64,000 bases of DNA from an uncultured virus (IMG/VR IMGVR_UViG_3300006120_000013) (taxonomy: Duplodnaviria; Heunggongvirae; Uroviricota; Caudoviricetes): the IMG/VR virus record IMGVR_UViG_3300006120_000013; one strand, given 5' to 3'. Numbering within the stretch: position 1 is the stretch's first letter; every line of letters starts with the position of its first letter. The notes beneath the pieces were generated by a model, which saw only the letters and a list, made by a program, of their open reading frames with translations, was not told the origin of the DNA and did not search any database. Position numbers and translations under genes: made by a program. Below, one piece after another: positions 41,697-51,775 of the stretch.

Positions 41697-44600
41697 TTAT
41701 AATGAACTTGATATGCTTTGTAAGTTCGTTGTATTAATGTTATAAGTATCAGAAGTTACAATATATCCCTGTGCTTTAATTCTAGATGCAGTAATTGCAT
41801 CAACAATTTGTATATCATTAACTGTTGCTCCGCTAATAAAAATTTCATTTGGCTGAGATGTTATTTGTTGTAAACTTCCATAAACTTGATCACTGTTAGT
41901 AGGAACAATTAAAAAAGTTGTAATATAAGGAACAAGTTGATTTACTATATAAGTTGCCATTTCTGTAAAATAAAAAGTATCACCAAAATCCCAATTATCA
42001 AGGCTAAAATATTGATTGATTGCTACTATAATTCTAGATTTAACATCGTTATCCGTAATAACTTGTTCTCCGTTTTTAACAACTATAAAACTTGCCTGTA
42101 AATTAGTAGAGGCCGCAGATCCAAATAATACTCTATATTTTACAGGATGATAAATTATTTCATCACTAATACTTTTGATTTGATCTAATTTTCCGCCATA
42201 TGTAATCTTAAGATCCGTTGAACTAAGTGGAAGAGGTTCTGTATCTAAATTTCCTGCTATCCAATTTCTATAATCTAAATCATATGCCTTTGTTAATATA
42301 TATGTATCCATAATATTGCTTGCACTAGGATCAATTCTATAACTTTGATCTGCATTGTGCAAATAATAGAAATTAATATTTGCTCTTCCTATTGCTGCAT
42401 AATAATCAGTTGTAATAACTAATTCTTGAAGACTTGAATTATATATTTTAACTATGTCAGACATATAAAAATAAAATAATTGTCCATTTGTATAAGAACT
42501 CAATGAGGAAATTGAATTTTCTGAGTCAAAAATAAGAAACATATTATTAGTGTTTTCAATGTAACGATAATCTTCTACATATGCTTCTGTAATATATTTT
42601 TCAAAAAATACATATCGATTTGGATTAGAAATTGACGGATCTACAATAATATCAAATTGATCCGGATTATCTGCAACACCATCTGAATTTATATCTGATA
42701 AAGTTATTTTTATTGTTCTACTACTTGCATATCCATCAACTTCAGTTGTAACTCCAATTATATTAAAAATATAATCTTGTCCTAAAGATGTTGATGTATT
42801 AGGAAGGGTATTAAATTTCAATACATTGACAACATCTTTTTTTACTTTTCCTGTATTTGAATCATAAATTTTTCTAGTTCCATCAAAATAAAATCTATTT
42901 TCAAGTATAGAAGAAAAGAAATATTCGAGACCTCTATATGTAACAGTATATGTTGTTCCATCTGTTTCAAAAGCAACTAACCAACTAGCATCTAATTTAG
43001 ATCCCGTATTATCTCCAGACTTACCAAGACTCCACGGATTTAATAGATCTAAATTTCTATCATAAACTATTTGCCATGCTCTAGTAGAAATATCATATCT
43101 TAATCCAAAATTTTTATTATTAAATACAAGTTCTACGGCAACTGATAATGTGTCTGTTGGAAAAACACTATTAAACTTAGGAATAACTTGATTAATAATT
43201 GCTGTAGAAGGAATGATTTTATCAAACACAATAGGACCATATCCAGATGATAATACTCCTAATCCAGTAGCAGTACCATCTCCTACTACTGCTACAACTT
43301 TTGTCCAAATTCTATCAATTGTAGTTGACGATGCAGTTGTTGTTAATGTACCAGATTGAGTAAAATAAAATCCTGACGGTGGAATAAATTTAATTAATGC
43401 ACCAGGTTCTAAATATTTTAAACTATTTTCAGTATAAGATCCTACCTTAAATGGTGTTGTAGTATCTGATGTACTAGTAACATATCCAGTACTTTCACTT
43501 ACTGCTGTTGTTACTTGAGTAAATGCAATAGTAATATCTGGCAAAATTATCTTAGTATAATTTTCATAATAAAAGTCTCTCATTGATTCCGCTTCTAATA
43601 ACGGTTGTACTTGATTCATTAAAATTGAATCTATTTGAGTTCGACTATTAAATGTAAAGGTAAAATTATTTTCTGTTTGTTCTCTATAAATGATTCCATC
43701 TGTACAAAAAATATTAATAGAACTATATTTTCCACTAGCATCAATTAAATCAAAATTTCTACTGATTCCACTAGCAGTTCTATTAATTGTTTTAACTTTT
43801 GCAATTGTTTGACTTACACTAAGAGGAGCTAAATTATAATCCTCTCCTGTGATCATTCTATTCTGTGTATAATATGTTAAAGGTGCATTAGTTTTAATTT
43901 CAGTAAGACTCTCTGCGGCAGAGGCTGTAGTTACTGTATTTTTAAGAGATAATGTAATTGTTAAAGATTCACCCGATCCTGTTTTAGAAGTATAAGGAAT
44001 TGTTATTACAACACCAGCCATATCCTTAGGATTAATATAATAAGTTTGTCCATTTGAAACTCTATAATATGTTCTAAAACTACCTTTAGGTAGATTACCA
44101 AAGATACCATCAGCAAATAATAAAGAAACAGCATCGCTTGCTTTGGTTTGTACTTGATATATATTTCTAATTGTTTTATCAAGACTATTATAAATGATAT
44201 TATTTCCTGTAATAGAAGGAACCTTTGTCCATAATGTTTGTTCATTATTAGAAGAATCTAAACTGTATAACCAGAGATCATTATCATTAATATTGATATC
44301 AGTAATATCTACAATTTCATTAGTTGTAGGACTATTCATTTTAAATTCTTTATACAAAAGTGTACCTTGTCTAAAATGTAGGAACCAACCAGTATTAACA
44401 CTCCCATAACCTTTATAATCATTTCTATAAATGAAAGAAAATTTATTTCCTCTTAATGGAGCATCTTCAACAATATATCCATTTGAAATAATTGTACTTG
44501 GAATTTCAAAAGGTAATGTTACTCCATTTACAGCTTTACTAAAATTAAATAATGGAATTCCTGAATTATTAGAATTAAATTTATATTGCTCAGTTTGTAT

Positions 44601-45143
44601 ATTTCCTATTACACTCTGAGATATTGGCGTGCCAAAATTATTTTCAGCAACCATAGCAGAATCCATAATTCTTGTAATCTGATCTAACCAATTATTATTA
44701 GTTGGATCATTCCAAACTACTACTAGACCTGATAAATTTCTACCATTAGCATCTATAATTTCTTCTGTTGTAGTAATACTGTCTATTTTTAATAATCCAT
44801 TTGCACAAACGTTTCTAGAAGGATTATAACTAATTAATTGTGCTAATCTTAAAACACTTTCTTGACGTTCTGCAAGTTCTAAAAAGTTTTCTCTAGCATT
44901 TAAATCAATACGAAAAGATAGACTTTGACCTAAAAAACAAAGAAGATCAATCAAGGCAAGGTATTCACTAGATTCAATATAATCATTAAAGTCTTCAGGA
45001 TATTTTTCCCTAAGATATTGAATCATTACACGGCGTAAATTTTCAAAATCATAACTTGTGAAATCAGCATTGCTGAATTTTTGATATATTTTTTTCCAAT
45101 CTTCGGCTAGAAAAAGATTCTGTTGACGTCCGGTTGTTGACAT
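41697..45143 (-). CDS. gp6: Baseplate wedge subunit, gp6-like
   Basis: DFENLR, ENFLELAERQESVLRLA...Y.P, FADGIFGNLP, AESLTEIK.NAP...QNRMITGEDY. Confidence 0.85.
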   Translation of the reverse strand: MSTTGRQQNLFLAEDWKKIYQKFSNADFTSYDFENLRRVMIQYLREKYPEDFNDYIESSEYLALIDLLCFLGQSLSFRIDLNARENFLELAERQESVLRLAQLISYNPSRNVCANGLLKIDSITTTEEIIDANGRNLSGLVVVWNDPTNNNWLDQITRIMDSAMVAENNFGTPISQSVIGNIQTEQYKFNSNNSGIPLFNFSKAVNGVTLPFEIPSTIISNGYIVEDAPLRGNKFSFIYRNDYKGYGSVNTGWFLHFRQGTLLYKEFKMNSPTTNEIVDITDININDNDLWLYSLDSSNNEQTLWTKVPSITGNNIIYNSLDKTIRNIYQVQTKASDAVSLLFADGIFGNLPKGSFRTYYRVSNGQTYYINPKDMAGVVITIPYTSKTGSGESLTITLSLKNTVTTASAAESLTEIKTNAPLTYYTQNRMITGEDYNLAPLSVSQTIAKVKTINRTASGISRNFDLIDASGKYSSINIFCTDGIIYREQTENNFTFTFNSRTQIDSILMNQVQPLLEAESMRDFYYENYTKIILPDITIAFTQVTTAVSESTGYVTSTSDTTTPFKVGSYTENSLKYLEPGALIKFIPPSGFYFTQSGTLTTTASSTTIDRIWTKVVAVVGDGTATGLGVLSSGYGPIVFDKIIPSTAIINQVIPKFNSVFPTDTLSVAVELVFNNKNFGLRYDISTRAWQIVYDRNLDLLNPWSLGKSGDNTGSKLDASWLVAFETDGTTYTVTYRGLEYFFSSILENRFYFDGTRKIYDSNTGKVKKDVVNVLKFNTLPNTSTSLGQDYIFNIIGVTTEVDGYASSRTIKITLSDINSDGVADNPDQFDIIVDPSISNPNRYVFFEKYITEAYVEDYRYIENTNNMFLIFDSENSISSLSSYTNGQLFYFYMSDIVKIYNSSLQELVITTDYYAAIGRANINFYYLHNADQSYRIDPSASNIMDTYILTKAYDLDYRNWIAGNLDTEPLPLSSTDLKITYGGKLDQIKSISDEIIYHPVKYRVLFGSAASTNLQASFIVVKNGEQVITDNDVKSRIIVAINQYFSLDNWDFGDTFYFTEMATYIVNQLVPYITTFLIVPTNSDQVYGSLQQITSQPNEIFISGATVNDIQIVDAITASRIKAQGYIVTSDTYNINTTNLQSISSSL

Positions 45144-45193
45144 TGAATTAACTACCTTGTTTTCTTTATTTATTATTGAAAATATGTGGGTGT

Positions 45194-45640
45194 TTAATTA
45201 GAACTTATACCGTTTGCTTGATCAAATTTAAATTGCAAGGTTTCTTGTATATTGTATGGCAAATATATAAGTGTTACTTCTATCTGTATAGCATTGTCTA
45301 CTTGTGTTACAGTACTTTTTACAACTTGAGTACGAGGATCTGCATTAACAATTGCCGATACATCAGTAACTATAGCCTGTTTTAGACCATCTGTTAATGG
45401 CTCATAGAGTGCATCCCATATAATAGTTCCAAATTCAGGATTCTCAAGTTTTTCTCCCTTACGAATATGAAAATTATTAATAAGATCTTGTTTAATTAAT
45501 TCTAAATCATATAAAACAGTGTTTTCAATCGTAGTACTTACTGTACTAAAACCTCTATAAGTTCTAGACGTTAACGGTAATTGTTGACCTTCAGTAGTAG
45601 TTGGTCCTAATCTTATATTCTCAAAACCTACAGTAGACAT
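45194..45640 (-). CDS. gp25: Baseplate wedge subunit gp25-like
   Basis: IKQDLINNFHIRKGEKLENPEFGTII...DPR, the gp25/GPW pattern. Confidence 0.88.
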   Translation of the reverse strand: MSTVGFENIRLGPTTTEGQQLPLTSRTYRGFSTVSTTIENTVLYDLELIKQDLINNFHIRKGEKLENPEFGTIIWDALYEPLTDGLKQAIVTDVSAIVNADPRTQVVKSTVTQVDNAIQIEVTLIYLPYNIQETLQFKFDQANGISSN

Positions 45641-45655
45641 ATTATTAATTATCCT

Positions 45656-48442
45656 TTATTTTGGATTAGTTCCACTGCCTACTTGCTGACTAGGAACTAA
45701 TGGTGGTGTAGTAGGACCAACTGATACTGATCCAGATCCTGACGGACTGGAACCAGAAGAGCTAGGAGAAGTTGGATACGATGGTCCACCGCCTGAATTA
45801 ATTCCAGCACTTTGTAACATTCTTTCTACTCTTCCTTTTTTTGATCCGATAAACTGTCTAAGACCTCTTTTAGTTATTGGACCATTAGGATATTCTCTCC
45901 ATCCAGGATTTGCAGCCCATGCTTTACCACCTGTGGGGTAGATTTCTTGTCCTTCTGGAATTTTCATTTTTGCAGGAGCAGCAATAGACAGATATATTTG
46001 TTCTACTCCTTGTGGATTACCATTCTTTTGAAAATATTTTTCTACATAATCTAATTGTTGTGCTCTAGTCATAGATCTTAATGCACCAGTAGTGGTTCCA
46101 ACCGATGCTGCCGCAGAATTTCCAAACTGAATCAATCCAGTATATCCATATCTATTTTGAATACTTGGATTCATAGTAAATCCGGCCTCGGCAGCAAATA
46201 CTGATAATAATTCTGCTAATGTACATCCATGTCTTTGTGCAATTTGTTGTGCTTTAGATAAGAATTCTCTATCTTTTGTCCAATTTGGTGGATAGTCATC
46301 GGTATAATTGCTATCTAATGGTTTTGAATTGTAGGAATTTGCTAAATTTGGAGCATCATGTCTTGAATATTTTGATGTATCTGGTCTTCCTCCAGAATAT
46401 CCGCCATAACTATTTGAAATTCCATCAAGGTCTTGAACTGTTCTTATAGTAAATTGTTTTCCATCTGGATATACTACAGTTCTTTTGTCATCCATATTTA
46501 ATAATCTTACATGAACATTTGCTGGATTTAAATTCTCGTGTTGGAAAGGTTCCCAAGTTGGAACTCTTTTATTAATACAAGACCCCCACCCTTCTGCTGG
46601 AAAACAATTAGGACTAATAAGAGTAGAATAACCTCCACCTGCTGTTTGCATACCTGGCGCACCAGTTGCTTGATCTGCTTCGATTGGTTCTCTAGCAGGA
46701 TACGGAGTAGATGGTGCATCGTTGACAGAATATTTGTTACCATCTTGAAAATGAACTTCTGATCCAGAATTTATTACAGTATTACCAGATGATGTTGAAA
46801 CTAATGTTCCGGCAGATTGTAACATATATCCGCCGCCGCCGGCCTTTAATGCTATAGCACCAGTTCCTTGAATTACTATCAAAGGTGTTTTTTGTGTAAT
46901 TTGTGTACCTGATGCCATAGTTATTTTAGAATCAGCATTTACATTAATATCATTATAACCATTTATTACTACATCATGTCCTGCTAATAGATGTAAATCT
47001 CTACCAGCAATTCTAGTATCACTACCTGATAAAATATGTGTTTGCATATCTGAAGTTATCAAAGCATTTTGCGATCTTACTTCAAAATTTCCTTGAACGT
47101 TTAATAATAAATTACCTGCAATAGTCCATTCATAACTTGTACCTGTAAAATTAATAGAATCACCTCTTAAATGGTTTCCTGATTGTCCTTCAGAATACAA
47201 ATGATTTCCTGCCATAGTACTATGATCATTTTCAGTATGATGAAAAGAACTTCCTGTAACTTTTACACTGTGATCACCACTAGTTGCATTTACAGTATTA
47301 CCTGAAACATTAGTAACATGATTACCATAAACTTGTTGTGCTATATGTCTACCAGCAGTCATTTGTATGTCTGCACCTGAACTCATATGAACACCTTCAG
47401 CAGCATAAAATTCTATTTTACCGTTAGATGTAAATTCCATCCAAGCAGTACCCCTAGAATTTGTAATATAAACAAAGTCTTCCGAACTATGTAAAAGAAT
47501 TTGTGCTCCTCTTCTTGTTCTAATTCTAAATGCTTCATCTTTAGGAAAATCAACTAATCCAGACTCTCCTTTTTCTAAATCAGCGTATTCTGGAGGACCT
47601 TCCCAAGGTCTCGATTTCCTTAAAAATCTTTCATCACCGTCATCCATAACAATACAATGACCGCCCATTCTACTAACAAATTTGTTAATTTTTTGACTGT
47701 CTCTACCTACCATACCTTTTTTAGCACCATTTCTTTTATCGATAGGTCCAGGGGTACTCCATCCATAAACATTGCTAGGACTTTCTCTTCTAGCAGAACT
47801 AGTATGAACTCCTCTATAAGGATCATTAATTGTTCCTTGTTCTAATAATCTTTCAGCAATAGGATGAACTGGTTTTTTATTAGCCTCTACATCTGGATTT
47901 GGTGATTTTGATCCCATTTTAAAAATTTGTCTATTAACTTCACCCACCGGTAAAAAAGTTGTTCCAAAATGAGATTCTGTTCCTGTAACATCTAACCAAT
48001 CTGTATCAGAACTAACTCTTAATTGATCTTGTGGATAAGTGCTACCGGCAATACCAGGAATCATATAATTCATATATGCATCCTGAACACAACCCATCCA
48101 AAATCCTTGTCCCGGATCGCTATCAACAAAAATAACCATAACAGTAACACCAACGTCAGGTGGAACTGCCCAAAAACCATAACTTTTTTGTGTGTCATTA
48201 AATTCTGATGGTGACGCTCCCATAAAATCTACACTAGTGCAACCATAAAAAGGACTTAAATATCTTACAACAAATAATTGTTGAGTTGCTTCTTTTTGAT
48301 TTCCAATAGGTCTTAATAATTCAACTTCTAAAGAACCCTGTTTCATAGGATCTGTATTGCTAACAATTCTTGCAAGATAAGGACCGGGATTTGGAAGAAG
48401 TGTTGTATTAATTAAATTGGGGGCTCTTTTGTCTACTGACAT
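45656..48442 (-). CDS. gp5/VgrG-like baseplate hub/spike with C-terminal lysozyme-like (SLT-type) domain
   Basis: N-terminal OB-fold (DPMKQGSLEV, YGFWAVPPDVG), GHCIVMDDG, beta-helix repeats, C-terminal AAEAG...GLIQFG. Confidence 0.8.
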   Translation of the reverse strand: MSVDKRAPNLINTTLLPNPGPYLARIVSNTDPMKQGSLEVELLRPIGNQKEATQQLFVVRYLSPFYGCTSVDFMGASPSEFNDTQKSYGFWAVPPDVGVTVMVIFVDSDPGQGFWMGCVQDAYMNYMIPGIAGSTYPQDQLRVSSDTDWLDVTGTESHFGTTFLPVGEVNRQIFKMGSKSPNPDVEANKKPVHPIAERLLEQGTINDPYRGVHTSSARRESPSNVYGWSTPGPIDKRNGAKKGMVGRDSQKINKFVSRMGGHCIVMDDGDERFLRKSRPWEGPPEYADLEKGESGLVDFPKDEAFRIRTRRGAQILLHSSEDFVYITNSRGTAWMEFTSNGKIEFYAAEGVHMSSGADIQMTAGRHIAQQVYGNHVTNVSGNTVNATSGDHSVKVTGSSFHHTENDHSTMAGNHLYSEGQSGNHLRGDSINFTGTSYEWTIAGNLLLNVQGNFEVRSQNALITSDMQTHILSGSDTRIAGRDLHLLAGHDVVINGYNDINVNADSKITMASGTQITQKTPLIVIQGTGAIALKAGGGGYMLQSAGTLVSTSSGNTVINSGSEVHFQDGNKYSVNDAPSTPYPAREPIEADQATGAPGMQTAGGGYSTLISPNCFPAEGWGSCINKRVPTWEPFQHENLNPANVHVRLLNMDDKRTVVYPDGKQFTIRTVQDLDGISNSYGGYSGGRPDTSKYSRHDAPNLANSYNSKPLDSNYTDDYPPNWTKDREFLSKAQQIAQRHGCTLAELLSVFAAEAGFTMNPSIQNRYGYTGLIQFGNSAAASVGTTTGALRSMTRAQQLDYVEKYFQKNGNPQGVEQIYLSIAAPAKMKIPEGQEIYPTGGKAWAANPGWREYPNGPITKRGLRQFIGSKKGRVERMLQSAGINSGGGPSYPTSPSSSGSSPSGSGSVSVGPTTPPLVPSQQVGSGTNPK

Positions 48443-48476
48443 TGTTAATCCTTGTTATATAATTATTATTCTTTTA

Positions 48477-50570
48477 TTATCCTGTAGGTGTTGTTGGAGT
48501 TGACGAAGAAGGGGTTGTTGGTGTAGATCCGCTTGCAGGAGTTGTTGGACCTGAACTTGTAGAAGGTGTACCACTATTATTGCTATTTTCATATACAAAG
48601 ATTGTTTGTGCATTAGTACCTAATTGTGCCCTTAGACGAATTCCTTCAATAACTTGAGTAAACATATTTTTATTAAATTTAGATTCAACTTGTATTACTT
48701 GATAAAGCCCACTCCACATCTCAATATCTGTATCAAAGTTGTAAAGACCTGTGTTAGGATCAAAGTCTGTTGGAGTTCTAAAATTTACAATTATCATAAC
48801 TTCACTATCTTGGTAATTCATTGATCCATCAGATAATGAATTTCCTTGTCCTCTATCAATCCACTGACTTCCCATTCCACTAGTAGGAATATAATAAGGG
48901 TCTCCCATAATTTCCATGTTTAAATTGATCATATCTCCAGGATTAGTTAAAAGTTTAAACATAGTTCTACCCTGTGATGTAGGAGCATCATCTGTTCCTG
49001 ATCCACCTGGCCCTTTATAAAAATATTGTCTTTGTGCTGCTTCGACTGCAACCGGATTCCATTCTTTTGATATTTCAGTAAAAGAAGGTGTAACAGTTGT
49101 ACCAATTTTACTAGAAGGAGTTGTTAATGCAGGCGTAGTTGGGGGAGTCGGATTTGTTCCTCCAGTTACATCAGCATTACCAAAGACAAAGTTTGGTTCT
49201 TGTCCACCTGCTGTGATGCCTTTCCCTCCTGGATTTGATTGTCCAACTCTGTTAGTAATATCAGCAGATATTGGCGTAAAAAATGCCATATCAAAATGTA
49301 AATCTAATTTTAAAATCTCAGTGTTCTGTCCAGTATAGATATAATTATAAACTCTAGTAACTGTATTTCTTAAATTATCAAAACCTACTTCAGGTTTTTC
49401 TCCTGGAGGAAGAAATCTATGTATGTGAACTTTGTAAGGAATAACTCTATAAATGATTGTTCTTTTTTGCCTTCCTAATTGTTTAACTTCTTGATCATCA
49501 TGTACTCTAGCATCAATCCTATACCAATTTACCATTCCATTATCATCTGTTTTAAATTTACTTCCAACTACCTGATTAGTTATGTACTTGCTTCTTATAA
49601 CAACTTCATTAATAATGTCAGGAATAGATATTTCTTGTGTAAAGTGCCAATTTCTATCTTTTTCTAATTTAAACTGAGAAGTTCTATAAATTTGCTTTCC
49701 TTCAAACCACAATTTTGATGCAATTGGATCAGGAAAAGGCTGTGTTCCACCATTATTATAATCTACATATACTTCCGAATCACCGATAATATTTTTTGAT
49801 CCATCATCATCTGTATAGTCGTTAGGAAATTGAATTTCAATCTCATCTAAATCTTCAATATGTTTTGTTGCTTTTTCTCGACTATATCGGCCTTGTAATT
49901 GATTTAATAAACTTCCTGGGCCATATGATAAAATATCTTTAACTGTAGCACCAGATAATTGAACGTCTGAAACATTTCTAACTGATTGCTCTCTAAATCC
50001 AAACTCATTATAAGGTATAGCTTCTACTTCATATGTTGATCCTGTAGTTCCTACAGAAAATTTAACATCAATAATTTTAATAGGAATAATTCTTGTTAAA
50101 TTATCTGTAGCAACACCTGGTGCATTATCAATATATCCTATCCATTCTATCATAAAAATGTAAGGTGACTCTTTAAAATTTGAGTATCCAGAACTTTCTC
50201 CTGCTGTTCTTAAAGATAACATAAAAAGTCCCATACTATATGGTTCAAAAACTTTAAATGAAATTTTTGTTGCAAATGAATTGCCTGTTTTATCGCTATT
50301 TCTAGGTATAGTAACTATTGTTACATCATCTATAAAATAATCAAATCTTCCAAAATCTGTTTGAACTCCGCCATCGGGTCCAATACTTTGTGATCTACAA
50401 ATTATGTTTTGTATATCAGTTTTTTGAATTCTATTACCGTTAATTTGTGGCTTAGTACATCCTGCAAGAGTAAAAAGATTGTTAAATGACTGAAAGTCAT
50501 CTAAAGGATTAGGTGCTTGAGCTTGAGTCTGATAAAGAGCAGTACTACTAGATGTTAGTGACGAAGCCAT
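48477..50570 (-). CDS. Putative baseplate hub protein (gp27-like position)
   Basis: Lies between gp53-like and gp5-like genes; EPYSMGLF, YNYIYTGQN, I.GDPYYI, SGLYQVIQVES.F motifs. Confidence 0.6.
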   Translation of the reverse strand: MASSLTSSSTALYQTQAQAPNPLDDFQSFNNLFTLAGCTKPQINGNRIQKTDIQNIICRSQSIGPDGGVQTDFGRFDYFIDDVTIVTIPRNSDKTGNSFATKISFKVFEPYSMGLFMLSLRTAGESSGYSNFKESPYIFMIEWIGYIDNAPGVATDNLTRIIPIKIIDVKFSVGTTGSTYEVEAIPYNEFGFREQSVRNVSDVQLSGATVKDILSYGPGSLLNQLQGRYSREKATKHIEDLDEIEIQFPNDYTDDDGSKNIIGDSEVYVDYNNGGTQPFPDPIASKLWFEGKQIYRTSQFKLEKDRNWHFTQEISIPDIINEVVIRSKYITNQVVGSKFKTDDNGMVNWYRIDARVHDDQEVKQLGRQKRTIIYRVIPYKVHIHRFLPPGEKPEVGFDNLRNTVTRVYNYIYTGQNTEILKLDLHFDMAFFTPISADITNRVGQSNPGGKGITAGGQEPNFVFGNADVTGGTNPTPPTTPALTTPSSKIGTTVTPSFTEISKEWNPVAVEAAQRQYFYKGPGGSGTDDAPTSQGRTMFKLLTNPGDMINLNMEIMGDPYYIPTSGMGSQWIDRGQGNSLSDGSMNYQDSEVMIIVNFRTPTDFDPNTGLYNFDTDIEMWSGLYQVIQVESKFNKNMFTQVIEGIRLRAQLGTNAQTIFVYENSNNSGTPSTSSGPTTPASGSTPTTPSSSTPTTPTG

Positions 50571-50571
50571 A

Positions 50572-50874
50572 TTATAATCCTAATGATTTTAACAAAGGTG
50601 TCTTTTTTGGTAATTGAATAATTACTCCTGCACGAAAATCATTTATAGGATCAAATATAACATCAATATTTCTTTGCATAAAAACCCACCAAAGCCTAGA
50701 AGTTCCATATAAATCATAGGCTAATAAATCTGGTCTATGTGTATATTGAGGTTGTATTTTATAAGCATAGTCATCAGGATCTGCAGGTATTATCCTAGGT
50801 ACCCATATATCTAAGTAATTTTTATTTTTAGGAGTTTGATAGTACAGACTATAATTTGCATATTTTGCTGGCAT
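50572..50874 (-). CDS. gp53: Baseplate wedge gp53-like (LysM-like)
   Basis: HRPDLLAYDLYGTSRLWWVF..RN; ATG 50874 overlaps the upstream TAA. Confidence 0.82.
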   Translation of the reverse strand: MPAKYANYSLYYQTPKNKNYLDIWVPRIIPADPDDYAYKIQPQYTHRPDLLAYDLYGTSRLWWVFMQRNIDVIFDPINDFRAGVIIQLPKKTPLLKSLGL

Positions 50875-51707
50875 TATACCCATCCTAATCCATTTTGATC
50901 TAACAACACACCATTTGCAAAGTCGTTTAAATTAAAAGATTTAACTTGTGTTCTACTATAAACTGGCTGTACTGTTACTGAAATTTCCGATGATGTAGGA
51001 ACATATGTTACACTAGATCCAGGTCCGCCTGCTGTAGATGCAATATAATCAACATTGTTAGGCATATTAACTGTAAAATTCTTAACTATAACAGGAACAT
51101 TATTATAAACAAAATCTCCATAACCATTTAAAATACAAATAGGTGGAGGATTTCCTAAATTTTGTCCTGTTCCAAAAAACATTTTTGTAACAGTTCTTAA
51201 AAAATGTACACTGGCTATCCAATACGCTGCTTCATCTGAATTTTGAACTGTAAATTTCCCAGTTATTTGAATTTCATCAACTTGGCTATTTCTATAAGCA
51301 TAAAATGGATAGTTTACATGAGAAATATCCATTTGTTGATAATTTGCTGTATGACTCATAACTATCTGAGGTAGATATGGAAAAACCATGCTAAAATCAG
51401 TGTTTATAAACGGAGTAAAAACATTACTATTTTCTACTATTAAATCACAAGAAATTCTAACTCTCCACTCTTTTGATGCTGCTGTACTCGAATATTGTGC
51501 TGAAACAAATGCAGTACTTAAAGAAGGCTCTGCTCCTGCAGGAATTCCATTAGAACGAAAAGTAGTTGCTAATGCGTTAGGATCAGTATTAACTGAAGTT
51601 GAAGAATAACCACCAGTTACAGAACTGCCTATCGAACTGAGGACTTGTCCTGTAGAATCAATAGTTGATGAAACTCCAGCAAGTGCATCTGTAAGTATAT
51701 TAGCCAT
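50874..51707 (-). CDS. Tail-tube initiator/baseplate protein (gp48/gp54-like)
   Basis: FPYLPQI, HFLRTVTKMFFG, PPPIC.LNGYG...VPV.V..F, P....ISV; first gene of the baseplate operon. Confidence 0.6.
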   Translation of the reverse strand: MANILTDALAGVSSTIDSTGQVLSSIGSSVTGGYSSTSVNTDPNALATTFRSNGIPAGAEPSLSTAFVSAQYSSTAASKEWRVRISCDLIVENSNVFTPFINTDFSMVFPYLPQIVMSHTANYQQMDISHVNYPFYAYRNSQVDEIQITGKFTVQNSDEAAYWIASVHFLRTVTKMFFGTGQNLGNPPPICILNGYGDFVYNNVPVIVKNFTVNMPNNVDYIASTAGGPGSSVTYVPTSSEISVTVQPVYSRTQVKSFNLNDFANGVLLDQNGLGWV

Positions 51708-51723
51708 AATAAATCTCCTTAAA

Positions 51724-51758
51724 TATTTATTGCAATAATTAAGTACTCATATTATAAT
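51724..51758. promoter_or_regulatory. Divergent promoter pair: minus-strand late ATAAATA and plus-strand sigma70-like
   Basis: TATTTAT at 51724-51730 (ATAAATA on minus); TTGCAA (51730-51735)-17 nt-TATAAT (51753-51758) upstream of gp55. Confidence 0.65.
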
Positions 51759-51775
51759 ACTTTTGGAGATCTCAT

